Notes: a model not told the origin generated them from the letters alone. 63,721 nucleotides of DNA, filler included, from Nemertoderma westbladi (GCA_032718475.1; 3 parts of 3 records of this genome joined end to end with filler, not necessarily neighbours in it); one strand, 5' to 3'; positions 1-13,858 are shown, numbered from the whole stretch's first letter. Numbers and translations: made by a program.

Positions 1-1717
1 GCATCGTATTACCCGCCTTTTCTCGTACCGCCCATAAATGATTGGTTAAGTCTTTCTTCAGATTGCTCATCAAACAAGCGATCGTTTGTTTGGCAGCAAT
101 AACGTCACTCCGGGAGATACATTCTTTAACAAATGGAGAAAATAAGGAAAAATTCATAAAAGTTGTAATCCGCTGGAGAATAGTACTTAATGATGTTGGT
201 TCGCGAACTTTATCACCGCGAATCTTTTCTTCTTTTATAAGTTTGAAAGTAGACACTAACTTGACACTGTCATACATATCTGCGACTGTTAAATCAGTGT
301 TCTGGTTATCCTTCATAAGGGTATAGAACTTAGCACAAAACGCAATTGTGGACTTTACTTGATCTTGTCTTGTTACTGGTGATGCTTCACTGTTTAAGAA
401 TTCTTTAAATCTCTCAAACAGTGGTAAATCTGGAGAAATGTTGTACTTTAACTTAGGTATATAAAATCGCCTTGGATCATTTAAATAGACATACCTTTCT
501 GGGTTTTTAACTGGCGATTTGCCATTGTTTTCATTAAATCTAGCTATATTATGGTATCTCGCTAAATGATCAGCCAGCCTACTAACATAGGCTGTGCATC
601 CCTCGAAGGTACACTTACGTGGTTTTCGATTGTTATTCCTATTACGGGACTTAGCAATAAGGTAATTTACCTGGTCCACATCTGTAAGATTGTGGCATGA
701 TTTATAATGTCTCTTTAAGTTGTGAACACATTTATCACAAAGCTCACACAGTTTTCGAGGGCGTTTGCTGTGACAAGATGATAAGATATCAGTTTTGAGC
801 TGGTGCGCATTAGCTGTTGTGACGTTTTCTGTGTTTTGGATTATTTGTGGATTAGTTACTGTGGAATTCATGGATGGGTTACACTCTGCTAAGGGGTTCA
901 CACTACCCATGTTGAAATCTTTGGCCAAATTTCGACATATATTTGCTATATCCCGAACATCTGAGGTTGACTGATGATCTAAGGCACTAAACTGATTAAA
1001 GAAGTTACCAATATATGGAAGATCACCTACACCTAGGTCAAGTGTTATAAGGTCCTCAATCTCGTCCAATTCATTGTGAGTAGGTAACTGGTATTTATTG
1101 TTATCAACATCCATCTGTTCATTGCATACAGACTCAGGCAACTGCTGGTATTTATCGTTATCAGTAGGCCTATCTATCTCTTCATTGTGGACAGACTCAG
1201 ACAATTGGTATTTATCGTTATCAGTATCTATCTCTTCATTGTGAACAGACTCAGACAACTGGTATTTATCGTTATCAGTATTTATCTCTTCATTGTGGAC
1301 AGACTCAGACAACTGGTATTTATCGTTATCAGTATTTATCTCTTCATTGTGGACAGACTCAGACAACGGGTATTTATCGTTATCAGTATTTATCTCTTCA
1401 TTGTGGACAGACTCAGGCAACTGGTATTTATCGTTATCAGTATTTATATCTTCATTGCATAGGCCTACAGACTCAGGCAAGTAGTATTTATCGTTATCAG
1501 GATGCCGATGCACATGTCTAACCTTTTTCTTTGATGTAGGTGTTGTAACGCTAGATATTATTAGTACATTCCATGTTTTCCTACCATACTTAATTTTGCA
1601 AATGTTACCTTCTTTAATTTCACCAATAATTTTAGATACAGGCCATTGTTGATCTGCGACACCTTTTGTCACATCTTTCCGATTAGCTGAGTTTAACCAA
1701 CGAATTGTGCATGGCAT
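1..1717 (-). CDS. Intronless ORF (>=572 aa, runs off left edge): N-terminal beta-rich domain, 18-aa acidic repeats, two C2H2-type fingers, helical region; possibly transposon-encoded
   Basis: Manual translation of the - strand from GCTGCC-ATG at 1717 gives no stop to position 1 (absent from the ORF track because it lacks a stop). It contains CELCDKCVHNLKRHYKSCH and CTFEGCTAYVSRLADHLARYH. Confidence 0.75.
   Translation of the reverse strand, partial: MPCTIRWLNSANRKDVTKGVADQQWPVSKIIGEIKEGNICKIKYGRKTWNVLIISSVTTPTSKKKVRHVHRHPDNDKYYLPESVGLCNEDINTDNDKYQLPESVHNEEINTDNDKYPLSESVHNEEINTDNDKYQLSESVHNEEINTDNDKYQLSESVHNEEIDTDNDKYQLSESVHNEEIDRPTDNDKYQQLPESVCNEQMDVDNNKYQLPTHNELDEIEDLITLDLGVGDLPYIGNFFNQFSALDHQSTSDVRDIANICRNLAKDFNMGSVNPLAECNPSMNSTVTNPQIIQNTENVTTANAHQLKTDILSSCHSKRPRKLCELCDKCVHNLKRHYKSCHNLTDVDQVNYLIAKSRNRNNNRKPRKCTFEGCTAYVSRLADHLARYHNIARFNENNGKSPVKNPERYVYLNDPRRFYIPKLKYNISPDLPLFERFKEFLNSEASPVTRQDQVKSTIAFCAKFYTLMKDNQNTDLTVADMYDSVKLVSTFKLIKEEKIRGDKVREPTSLSTILQRITTFMNFSLFSPFVKECISRSDVIAAKQTIACLMSNLKKDLTNHLWAVREKAGNTM
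1085..1500 (-). repeat. 54-bp coding minisatellite (~7 copies, SESVHNEEINTDNDKYQL) inside the 1-1717 ORF
   Basis: Unit ctggtatttatcgttatcagtatttatctcttcattgtggacagactcagacaa repeats in tandem and stays in frame on the - strand. Confidence 0.9.
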
Positions 1718-2164
1718 GGCAGCAGAATTAATAAATACCGGTATCAATTATTATATTATCATAGACCGATTACGTATCCCAATTTATATATATATATAAT
1801 TGATTTTCAAAGTAACGTATAGATAGGTATATCATAAGGTGAAGATTGGATTACTAAATCAAGAAATCAAATACCAGTATATAGCGAGCACAGCAAGGTT
1901 TATAATATTACAGTATTAACCTATAAACTGAAGCGCCTCTAGCATCTAGCTGTCTAGAGTAATATCCAATTATAATTTTATCTATATTAATAATAGTAGG
2001 CTAGACTAATTATTATAAAATTATTATTATATTATTATTATACCATTACAGTCATACAGTCAGTATACATACAGTATAGGCTACAGGTACTACTGCTGTA
2101 CTGTACAACTACGAGCACGGCAGTATAATTAAACTGACCGCCGACAGGTCGCACGGTTCTTACG

Positions 2165-2925
2165 GTTGTTATTCTTTATTATTGCTCGCTCGTTGTTACT
2201 CATTGTTCCTCATGTCCTCATTATTGCTAATTGTTGCTCGTTGTTGTACTTTATTATTGCTCGTTGTTGCTCATTATAGCTCGTTGTTGTACTTTATTAT
2301 TGATCGTTCAGTCGTTGTTCACTTGTACCTCATTGTTGCTCGTTCAGTCGTTGTTCGTCATTATTGCTCGTTGTTGTTGGTGCTCATTGTTGCTCGTTAA
2401 TTGTACTTTATTATTGCTCGTTGTTGCTCATTATTGCTCATTGTTACTCGTTGTTGCTCATTGTCAGATTGTTGCTCGTTGTTGTACTTTATCAGTTTAT
2501 TATTGCTCATTTTTGCTCGTTGTTGCTCATTGTTTTTCATTGTTGCTCAATGCTGCACCTGCAATGTTACTCGTTGTTGCTCATTGTACTCGTTGTTGCT
2601 CGTTGTTGTACTCTATTATTGCTCGTTGTTGCTCATTATTGCTCATTGTTACTCGTTGTTGCACATTGTCAGATTGTTGCTCGTTGTTGTACTTTATTAT
2701 TGCTCATTTTTGCTCGTTGTTGCTCATTGTTTTTCATTGTTGCTCAATGCTGCAATGTTACTCGTTGTTGCTCGTTCAGTCGTTGTTCCTCATTATTGCT
2801 CGTTGTTGTACTTTATTATTGCTCATTGTTTCTCATTGTGTCTCGTTGTTGCTCGTTGTGTTGTTACTCATTGTTGCTCGTTGTTGCTTATTGTTGGTCA
2901 TTGTTCCTTGTTGTGCATTTTTGCA
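2165..2925. repeat. Low-complexity TTG/TTGCTC degenerate satellite
   Basis: Run of ttgttgctcg/ttattgctca motifs. The overlapping ORFs in three frames are low-complexity artefacts. Confidence 0.85.
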
Positions 2926-5900
2926 CCTATCAAATTAAGCTCAGAAGCTCCCTTATCAGCTTATCTCTGTATCTTGCAATGTCTTGTCCAGGTGAGGCAG
3001 TTATGAGGTCATAACTGTCATAAGCAGATAAGGGCAGGAGGAATGGGCTGGGAGACTACACAATTATAAGAGACATTATATAAGAATAAGAATAAGGATA
3101 ATTAATTTAATTTATTTATTTAATATATGAGAAATGTTAGGCCTATAACTGAAATATTTAATTTATTTAAGAAGTATGCAGATTTTGGAATTAAATTGTA
3201 TAGGCCTACCTAACTGAACTGCCTAAATAAGAAACCCATGTCAAAAAGTTCTTATTGAGGCCTAAGGCATGTAAGGACTTTTAGTATTTATGTGTACAAT
3301 ATCGATGTCTTAAAGAAGGTAAATTTAAAAAATCCCTCTTATTTAGGAACTGGTCGTATTTGTGATGCAATTTTAAAACGCTTGTCAGCTTGTAGAAAAA
3401 AAACCGGACAGTGAAATGTTTTCTGATTTTTTGCATTATGTTCAAGAAAGACCCAACTTTTACATTGTGAAATAAAATTATGCGGTATTTTTTTCTGAAA
3501 CAAGTTCTTTTATTACAGTGCTATTACAGTATTATGTATTATATCCAAAAAATATCCAAAAAAGGCCCAAAAACCCCTAAATAAGAGCCATTTTCCATAA
3601 ATAAGAACCCACTTTTTGAGCTTATTTAAGGGTATGTTTCCTACTGGCAGACTGGTTGTTAGTTGTAGTAGTACTAAAACTGTCAACTGTAGTTATGTAA
3701 TGTACCGGTCTGCCGGTACCGGTAATATGTACTGCAATACACTAGGGCCTATATACTGATACACCTGTATAGGCTTACTGTATTGACCATATACTCGACA
3801 TAAATTTGGTCTTATTTGACCAATGACTGAATGAGACGAAATAAAAAGTACTTTCTGACTTTAGTGTGTAATGTAGCCAAATCGGGCTATATTACCTTAT
3901 ATGGCATGGCTGTATGGTCCGTTATAGGGCTTCCGTTATAGCTATTTTACCCACCAGCTGCCAGCCTACTGGCAGACTGGTACTGACATTTGACATTGCG
4001 ACAATTGTAGAATATTAATTTAACAGAATGTAGGCAGATAGGCCTAACAGCCAGACAGCCTAATACCTGAATACTGTAATATGTAATAGCTGAATAGGTC
4101 ATACTGTCATAGCATAGGTAGGCAGGGTTGGCTTAACTGACTGACTGAATTGAATTACTGAATTAATTAATTACATAATAATACTGTTGTACGAAAATAA
4201 TCAGAAATAGACACAATGCAAAATGCAGAGCCGCCACTGCTAGATCTTCCAGTACAGCGGTACCGGTACCGGTATAATTCAATGATTATTAACAAGCAAC
4301 ATAATGAAAGGTCTTGCTGTTTTATGAATTCTAAGAATAGAATGAAAATGAATCATGATGACCGTCTGGCCCAATGCAAGGCTGGCCTCCAATGGAAAGG
4401 TTGCAAATGGCACCTTTTTAAATATTATTTTGGTGGGTTTTTTAAATAATACGTTCCAAATGTTATTTTGTTGGTATCATTGTGCGTACACATTATAGGT
4501 ATTATTATAGGGGCCTACTGTAGATTTTAGATTTCTTACGACTTAAACTAACATAAACACTTTGCTCTTAGCAATGCTTAGTACAATGGCGTGTACTCTC
4601 GCCAACAGTTGAGCTGATAAAAACATACAGTTGTACAGGAAAAAAATAAAAATAGCGTTTCAATGAATTGGTAATTTAAACCACTCGCAGGCAGCATGTA
4701 TAACTAAAAACTAAAAAGCTACTACAGTATATCTAGACTCCAGATGGTTGCATGCAATCAGTGACATGCATCAACATAATTTCAATGTTTTTTAGTACTC
4801 TAGAATATAAATTTGCTTTATTTCGATATAAATTAATAAAATAATAATATAATAATAATAATATATAATATAAATTATAATACAAATTGTAAACGTTCGA
4901 GTAAACATTATAAAATAATTAAAAAAATTGACACTTTTAATCGGTTTACAGTAGTTGTAGCGGAAAAAAAAGAAAAATCCGGCGGGAGACATTCGTAAAA
5001 CATTCGGAACGCATTAGTATAACGTGGGAAACATTCGTATATAACATACAGTACGGGTACGCATTGGTATACAGTAATGTGCGGGAAACATTCGTAGAAT
5101 GTCTGGGATTCGATCGAATAAGGTTCGTATTATAGTCGATATGTGAATAAAGGATGCGTATTTGGTTCGGTTTTCGAATTCGCATCGCATGATTCATCTA
5201 TGTAACATTTGCAAATGCGTTACGAATGCGTGAAATACGCGCTGTCCCATGCGTTACAAATGCGGATTTTCACTGGGTGGGAAGCAGCACCAGAAACTTG
5301 CGCCAATCACGTTTCTGCATTGAATAAGTATTGGTATGGCTGTATGGTATGACGGACTGTCATATGACGGAATGTCTAGGTACGCCCTACAAGTAATAAT
5401 GATACAAGTAATAATGACAAGGTTTTAATGTGGTTCATGTTAAGGTTAGGATAAAGGTTCGTGTTATGCGGTCAGACAATTTTAATGATGGGGGTTTTCT
5501 CAACAATTTACATTTATTTTATTTGCCGGCTTCTCTGTTTATTGCATTTCTACTAAGTATATTCTGGCACACAAACAACAAAAAACTTGTCTAAATTTGT
5601 AATATTTACGAAGATGTAATGAAACGCCAATTTTGTTATAAAATGTTCGGCATGCGCCAGATGCTAAAGATGTAAACAATTTGCCAATGAGGTTATTAAA
5701 AGTCTACATATCGCCAGGTTAAATGTAAAATGGTTTCCATACGCACAGAGTGAGGGTATGGGTCAGTTTTGCGTTATCGTTGTTATGGTTTCATGTAAGG
5801 GTTCTTTTTCAAGATATGATTATGATTCGGGTAAGTCTTTAGATCTCTCAAGATCACAGTGCAGGTAATGATACCGGTATGGTTTTGTTATGGTCCATGT

Positions 5901-6046
5901 TATGGTTCAGATTAAGGTTTGGGTATTGGTTCAGATTATGTAAATGATGTGGCGTTCTAAACAAATTACTGTACGCTGGGCATTCCTAAATATTACCCGC
6001 ATAATTCTGCTCAGTGAATTTTTTGGTTTCTGACATATAAAAAATA

Positions 6047-6596
6047 CTACTACTACTACAGTACTACAAGGTCGAGCGAACTCGGACAGTGGAAATGAGA
6101 TCCTTCCAGGCTTCCCGATTCTCCATAGTTGTAGAATTTAGTTTCTCCCAAGTTTAGTATCCCTTTCAATTTTATCTATATATGTTATGGATGGTCGACA
6201 ACGACTACGCTTTCCATGAGTTAGTTGTCAGAAAAGTAGATCTGGTATGACCTCGTCTTTACTTCGCCAGCAGTGCCCGCTGAATCTTAATCTGCGTTCA
6301 CGGAGGGTGGTTGATACAGGTGGTATTGTACCATAAAGCTCGGCGTTTGTCATGTGTTGTCTCCAGCTGATGTTTAGCGATGTCGTTGGCAGTCTTAAGT
6401 CTTGTGTAGCAACCATCAATTCGTTGTTCAAGTGATTTGGGAGCTACCCAAGCCTTTGCTTTCCTAACTTCTATGTCCTTTTTGCTACTCTCTATCCATG
6501 ATCCAAGGTACTGGAAGTCGTCGACCTTCCTTAGTTGATTATTATCAATGGTTGTCAAGTTTCCATCAACATTAAAGTGTAAAAATATCATTCAAA
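6047..6596 (-). mobile_element. 5'-truncated, internally deleted RTE-clade LINE 3' fragment with (TAG)n tail
   Basis: KVDDFQYLGSWI and RLRFSGHCWR motifs. 12-bp TSD atataaaaaata at 6035-6046 and 6597-6608. Empty site at 10860-10871. Confidence 0.85.
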
Positions 6597-7669
6597 ATAT
6601 AAAAAATAACATGTCTTATTAATTTGTTTATATGGGAATTTGAATTGAAACGCCAATTTAGATGTAAAATGTTTACTATGTGCCAACTATAAATATGCCA
6701 ATGTGAACAATTTGCCAATTTTGTGAATAAAAGACTACATAACGCCAGTATCTACGTAAAATGGTTTTAATTCGACAAAAATTGTCGATAGCCAATATGT
6801 TCTTATTGTGTGGTTCTGTTTAGGTTCTGGATACGACATGGTTCATTGCCGTATTTTGTCTTGGGGAAATGGTTCCGCTTTGCATGATACGAAAATATGT
6901 GTGACCAGTAAACATCCACTGGGAAGCAGCACCGAAAACTTGCGCCAATCACGTTTCTGCATTGAAGTATTGGTATGGCTGTATGGTATGACGGACTGTT
7001 GAATGTCTAGGTACGCCCTACAAGTAATAATGACAAGGTTGTAATGTAGTTCATGTTAAGGTTAGGATAAAGGTTCGGGTTATGTGGTCAGACAATTTTA
7101 ATGATAGGGGTTTTTATTATATTTATTAGATATATTATATTTTCCATCTTCTCTGTTTATTGCATTTCTACTAAGTATATTCTGGCACACAAACAACAAA
7201 AAACTTGTCTCAATTTGTAATATTTACGAACATGTAATGAAACGCCAATTTTGTTATAAAATGTTCGGCATGCGCCAGATGCTAAATATGTAAACAATTT
7301 GCCAATGAGGTTATTAAAAGTCTACATATCGCCAGCTTATACAGTATGTAAAATGGTTTCAATACCCCCAGAGTAAGGGTATGGTTCAGTTTTGCGTTAT
7401 CGTTGTTATGGTTTCATGTAAGGGTTCTTTTTCAAGATATGATTATGATTCGGGTAAGTTTTTAGATCTCTCAAGATCACAGTGCAGGTAATGATACCGG
7501 TATGGTTTTGTTATGGTCCATGTTATGGTTCAGATTAAGGTTTGGGTATTGGTTCAGATTATGTAAATGATGTGGCGTTCTAAACAAATTACTGTACGCT
7601 GGGCATTCCTAAATATTACCCGCAGAATTCTGCTCAGTGAATTTTTTGGTTTCTGACATATAAAAAATA

Positions 7670-8219
7670 CTACTACTACTACTACAAGGTCGAGCGAACT
7701 CGGACAGTGGAAATGAGATCCTTCCAGGCTTCCCGATTCTCCATAGTTGTAGAATTTAGTTTCTCCCAAGTTTAGAATCCTTTTCAAGTTTATCTATATA
7801 CAGTATGTTATGGATGGTCGACAACGACTACGCTTTCCATGAGTTGGTTGCCAGAGAAGTAGATCTGGTATGACCTCGTCTTTACTTCGCCAGCAGTGCC
7901 CACTGAATCTTAATCTGTGTTCACGGAGGGTGGTTGATACAGGTGGTATTGTACCATAAAGCTCGGCGTTTGTCATGTGTTGTCTCCAGCTGATGTTTAG
8001 CGATGTCGTTGGCAGTCTTAAGTCTTGTGTAGCAACCATCAATTCGTTGTTCAAGTGATTTGGGAGCTACCCAAGCCTTTGCTTTCCTAACTTCTATGTC
8101 CTTTTTGCTACTCTCTATCCATGATCCAAGGTACTGGAAGTCGTCGACCTTCCTTAGTTGATTATTATCAATGGTTGTCTAGTTTCCATCAACATTAAAG
8201 TGTAAAAATATCATTCAAA
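7670..8219 (-). mobile_element. Second copy of the RTE fragment, amplified with the macro-repeat
   Basis: Near-identical to 6047-6596 with the same TSD. Confidence 0.85.
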
Positions 8220-9292
8220 ATATAAAAAATAACATGTCTTATTAATTTGTTTATATGGGAATTTGAATTGAAACGCCAATTTAGATGTAAAATGTTTACT
8301 ATGTGCCAACTATAAATATGCCAATGTGAACAATTTGCCAATTTTGTGAATAAAAGACTACATAACGCCAGTATCTACGTAAAATGGTTTTAATTCGACA
8401 AAAATTGTCGATAGCCAATATGTTCTTATTGTGTGGTTCTGTTTAGGTTCTGGATACGACATGGTTCATTGCCGTATTTTGTCTTGGGGAAATGGTTCCG
8501 CTTTGCATGATACGAAAATATGTGTGACCAGTAAACATCCACTGGGAAGCAGCACCGAAAACTTGCGCCAATCACGTTTCTGCATTGAAGTATTGGTATG
8601 GCTGTATGGTATGACGGGCTGTTGAATGTCTAGGTACGCCCTACAAGTAATAATGACAAGGTTTTAATGTAGTTCATGTTAAGGTTAGGATAAAGGTTCG
8701 GGTTATGTGGTCAGACAATTTTAATGATAGGGGTTTTTATTATATTTATTAGATATATTATATTTTCCGGCTTCTCTGTTTATTGCATTTCTACTAAGTA
8801 TATTCTGGCACACAAACAACAAAAAACTTGTCTCAATTTGTAATATTTACGAACATGTAATGAAACGCCAATTTTGTTATAAAATGTTCGGCATGCGCCA
8901 GATGCTAAATATGTAAACAATTTGCCAATGAGGTTATTAAAAGTCTACATATCGCCAGCTTATACAGTATGTAAAATGGTTTCAATACCCCCAGAGTAAG
9001 GGTATGGTTCAGTTTTGCGTTATCGTTGTTATGGTTTCATGTAAGGGTTCTTTTTCAAGATATGATTATGATTCGGGTAAGTTTTTAGATCTCTCAAGAT
9101 CACAGTGCAGGTAATGATACCGGTATGGTTTTGTTATGGTCCATGTTATGGTTCAGATTAAGGTTTGGGTATTGGTTCAGATTATGTAAATGATGTGGCG
9201 TTCTAAACAAATTACTGTACGCTGGGCATTCCTAAATATTACCCGCATAATTCTGCTCAGTGAATTTTTTGGTTTCTGACATATAAAAAATA

Positions 9293-9845
9293 CTACTACT
9301 ACTACTACTACAAGGTCGAGCGAACTCGGACAGTGGAAATGAGATCCTTCCAGGCTTCCCGATTCTCCATAGTTGTAGAATTTAGTTTCTCCCAAGTTTA
9401 GAATCCTTTTCAAGTTTATCTATATACAGTATGTTATGGATGGTCGACAACGACTACGCTTTCCATGAGTTGGTTGCCAGAGAAGTAGATCTGGTATGAC
9501 CTCGTCTTTACTTCGCCAGCAGTGCCCACTGAATCTTAATCTGTGTTCACGGAGGGTGGTTGATACAGGTGGTATTGTACCATAAAGCTCGGCGTTTGTC
9601 ATGTGTTGTCTCCAGCTGATGTTTAGCGATGTCCTTGGTAGTCTTAAGTCTTGTGTAGCAACCATCAATTCGTTGTTCAAGTGATTTGGGAGCTACCCAA
9701 GCCTTTGCTTTCCTAACTTCTATGTCCTTTTTGCTACTCTCTATCCATGATCCAAGGTACTGGAAGTCGTCGACCTTCCTTAATTGATTATTATCAATGG
9801 TTGTCAAGTTTCCATCAACATTAAAGTGTAAAAATATTATTCAAA
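9293..9845 (-). mobile_element. Third copy of the RTE fragment, amplified with the macro-repeat
   Basis: Near-identical to 6047-6596 with the same TSD. Confidence 0.85.
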
Positions 9846-12807
9846 ATATAAAAAATAACATGTCTTATTAATTTGTTTTATATGGGAATTTGAATTGAAA
9901 CGCCAATTTAGATGTAAAATGTTTACTATGTGCCAACTATAAATATGCCAATGTGAACAATTTGCCAATTTTGTGAATAAAAGACTACATAACGCCAGTA
10001 TCTACGTAAAATGGTTTTAATTCGACAAAAATTGTCGATAGCCAATATGTTCTTATTGTGTGGTTCTGTTTAGGTTCTGGATACGACATGGTTCATTGCC
10101 GTATTTTGTCTTGGGGAAATGGTTCCGCTTTGCATGATACGAAAAGATGTGTGACCAGTAAACATCCACTGGGAAGCAGCACCGAAAACTTGCGCCAATC
10201 ACGTTTCTGCATTGAAGTATTGGTATGGCTGTATGGTATGACGGACTGTTGAATGTCTAGGTACGCCCTACAAGTAATAATGACAAGGTTTTAATGTGGT
10301 TCGTGTTAAGGTTAGGATAAAGTTTCGTGTTATGCGGTCAGACAATTTTAATGATGGGGGTTTTCTCAACAATTTACATGGGACAAGGGCATTTCTTTGC
10401 CGGCTTCTCTGTTCATTGCATTTCTACTAAGTATATTCTGGCACACAAACAACAAAAAACTTGTCTAAATTTGTAATATTTACGAACATGTAATGAAACG
10501 CCATTTTTGTTATAAAATGTTCGGCATGCGCCAGATGCTAAATATGTAAACAATTTGCCAATGTGGCTATTAAAAGTCTACATATCGCCAGGGTATATGT
10601 AAAATGGTTTTAATACGCCCAGAGTAATGTTATGATTCAGTTTTGCGTTATCGTTGTTATGGTTTCATGTAGGGGTTCTGTTTCAAGATATGGTTATGAT
10701 TCTTGTAATGCTTTCGGTATGGTTTTGTTATGGTCCATGTTATGGTTCAGATTAAGGTTTGGCTATTGGTTCAGTGGCTTTCCAAACAAATTACTGTACG
10801 CTGGACATTCCTAAATATTACCCGCAGAATTCTGCTCAGTTAATTTTTTGGTTTCTGACATATAAAAAATAACATGTCTTATCAATTTGTTTTATATGGG
10901 AATTTGAATTGAAACGCCAATTTAGATGTAAAATGTTTACAATGTGCCAACTATAAATATGCCAATTTCGTGAATAAAAGACTACATAACGCCAGTATCT
11001 ACGTAAAATGGTTTTAATTCGACAACAATTGTCGATAGCCAATATGATCTCTTCAGCTCTTATTTTATTGTATAATTATATATAATTTATATTATATTAT
11101 TATATAATATGAGCTCTTCATTGCATTTCTACTAAGTATATTCTGGCACACGAACATCAAAAAACTTGTCTCAATTTGTAATATTTACGAACATGTAATG
11201 AAACACCAATTTTGTTCTAAGTGTGTTAATCGGATTCAGAACACATTTTAACATAAAGAAATGCAGAAATCACCATTTCGGCAAAAATGGCATATAGGTG
11301 GTTTCAAAATGAAAGGGACGATATGGTTATGATGATTCGGGTAAGTCTTTAGATCTCTTAAGGTCACAGTGCAGGTGATACCGGTATGGTATTGTCTATG
11401 ATTTTGAAGGTCCATGTATGTTATGGTTCAGTTTATGTAAATAATGTGGCCTTCGAAACAAATTACAGTACACTGGACTGGACATTCCTAAATATTACCC
11501 GCAGAATTATTCTGCTTATTATTAATTTGTTTTATATGGGAATTTGAATTGAAACGCCACTTTAGTTGTAAAATGTTTACAGTGTGCCAACAATAAATAG
11601 GTCAACAATTTGCCAATTTCGTGAATAAACTCGTCTCCATCACTAGACTGGTTGCGCTCGTCCTGTTTCGCATCACAAATGAAGGCATTCTCAAGAGGGA
11701 GCCCAAGAGATGACAATAAGAGTGAAGCCTCAAAGGGGGAAGGAACGCCCTACGAAACGAATAGAGTTGTGGGCAGTAACTATCCACTGGGAAGCAGCAC
11801 CACAAACTTGCGCCAATCACGCTTGTGTATTTAATTTTTGTATATTGGCTGTTTGGTATAACTGGTACATGCGATGCAGCCTGCAGGATAAAAAGTCTAA
11901 ATTAGATCCTAAAAAACCTGACTTTGGTGTACCTAGCGAACTTTTTAGGCTTCTTATGCGAACATAAATCGCAAATTGCTGATAATTTACTGTAGGTCCC
12001 GTGTTTTTACTTAGGCCTATATACCACAATAAATGCCATTAATAGTCACCCCATGAGTTTATAGCTTTAATTAATATTATGCTCATTTTAATAGTTTATA
12101 TTAAAAATGGTTTATTTTTTATTGCTAGCCAGGGTGCCGTCAAAAAGAATTATAAATCGTTCCCCAGGAACATATGCTTTTTTCGTTGCATGAAATACAA
12201 GAGATGATAGGATGATTAATAATTTGTTAATAATTGGTGCTAGGAACGCTTGAATATAAACTGATAATCAAACGCCACTTATGATGAAATTTTTGGTCTT
12301 AAGTAGCATTATCGCCATTATGGCGTTAAGATGACATGTCTACCAAACGCCATTATATCCCGCAGAACGCCCTCATCATATATAAACAGGTCGCAAAAGC
12401 GCCAATAAACATATTTCGACATGGCGTATTTGTTAAGCGCAACATCTATATATATATATGTATGTAATGGTGATTGTGATGTGCTTATTTGTTTTTTTTT
12501 TGCGCAAAATACAAATGACACAGAAAGTAGCCAATTAAATAAAATATGCACAGCACAGCATAGTAAAAATTTATATGCTTGCATGACTGGAGTAAACATT
12601 GAAATGAAATGATATAAAATGCCGACCTATGGCTGTGAGAGTTTTGGTTACAGACCTGACATCATGAAGAGGTTGAGTATGCGTCACAGATGTAAGGCAA
12701 GGTTCTTAGAGAGACAAGTGGAGAGTTATTGTAATCTCCAAGGAGGGAGAAGCTGATTTAAGTATACCAAGTATAGTTCAAATTATGACAAATATGTGTC
12801 CTTAATT

Positions 12808-12910
12808 ACAGGTATTGTACCAGATGATCTTAAAATAGTCAGAGTTTTGTGTTTATATCTTAGGACCCCATCCTGTCCCAAAATTATAGACCGATATCCG
12901 TGCCCCCACT
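12808..12910 (+). mobile_element. Degenerate LINE (CR1/L2-like) RT N-terminal remnant
   Basis: Reads TGIVPDDLKIVRV...NYRPISV, a conserved non-LTR RT motif. Confidence 0.5.
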
Positions 12911-13858
12911 TATTTTATGTCGCCAATCTAATGTAGTTTATTCACATGTGGTATACTAACGTAAATAGGAAAAAAAAACTTGGGTGTTGATATTTAAGCC
13001 GCCAATTTAATAAATAATATTAAAAAAAACGTATTATTGTAACAAAAAATGCGCGTAAATACATTGAAACGGATGTACAAATAAATTATATCAAGCAGGT
13101 TTAATAAACGCTATGAAATTAAAGTTCTGGAACGAAAATAATACTATAATGGAATGATTATAGAACAAAATAATTGACATATAAACTGAATTCTAGAGAG
13201 CTAATAATTCTAGAAGTCGATTAATTTTGGAATGCAAATAAATCTAGAACGCAATGAAATAGACAATTCTAGAACGCAATAGATTAACCAAGTTGATTAG
13301 CACGTCATGAGATTTTATAAGTAATTAATTACCAGATACATTTGAAGTAAAAGAAATATTTGCAAAATAAATTTATCATCTAAAATATAATATTCTTCAA
13401 ACGGCCAACAATACTGGTGTTAATATAAGAGCGGTAATATAATTTCGATAATATTTAATCAATAACATATTGTATTTTCAAGTCGGCGTTAAATACGCCG
13501 TGAAATCGATTGAACTCTATGATGGGCTATCGGTTTCTATATATCACGGCGTGAAGTAAAGTAATAACAATAGAGTGAAATAAAGTATTCTTTCAGTGTG
13601 ATTGTACCGCATTTATACGGTCACACTGAGATAGGCCTAACAATTAGTCATTCATCACCGATGCAGACGTAGACAGCAAAAGATACATAGGTCGTTACCA
13701 TAGTACCATGCCGGGGAGTCTGGTGTCACTCATTCTGTCGCTGCCTACACCACATACTGTAGTAGGCCTATACTTATTCATCCTGTAGGCTGCAGAGAGC
13801 ACACTTTACTTAGGTTGTTAACGGTACTGTAACGGTACCGGTATGATATACTGTACAA

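Larger units (their letters stand above)
5271..11860. repeat. ~1.62-kb tandem macro-repeat: three full copies, one copy lacking the LINE insert, and a degenerate copy
   Basis: Identical ORF starts at 6808, 8431 and 10058 (period 1623-1627). The shared motif cactgggaagcagcacc recurs at ~5271, 6917, 8540, 10167 and 11785. Confidence 0.9.

Noticed and set aside
11640-11760. Second hammerhead-like motif on the - strand
   Set aside because: The core and stems do not fit the consensus convincingly.
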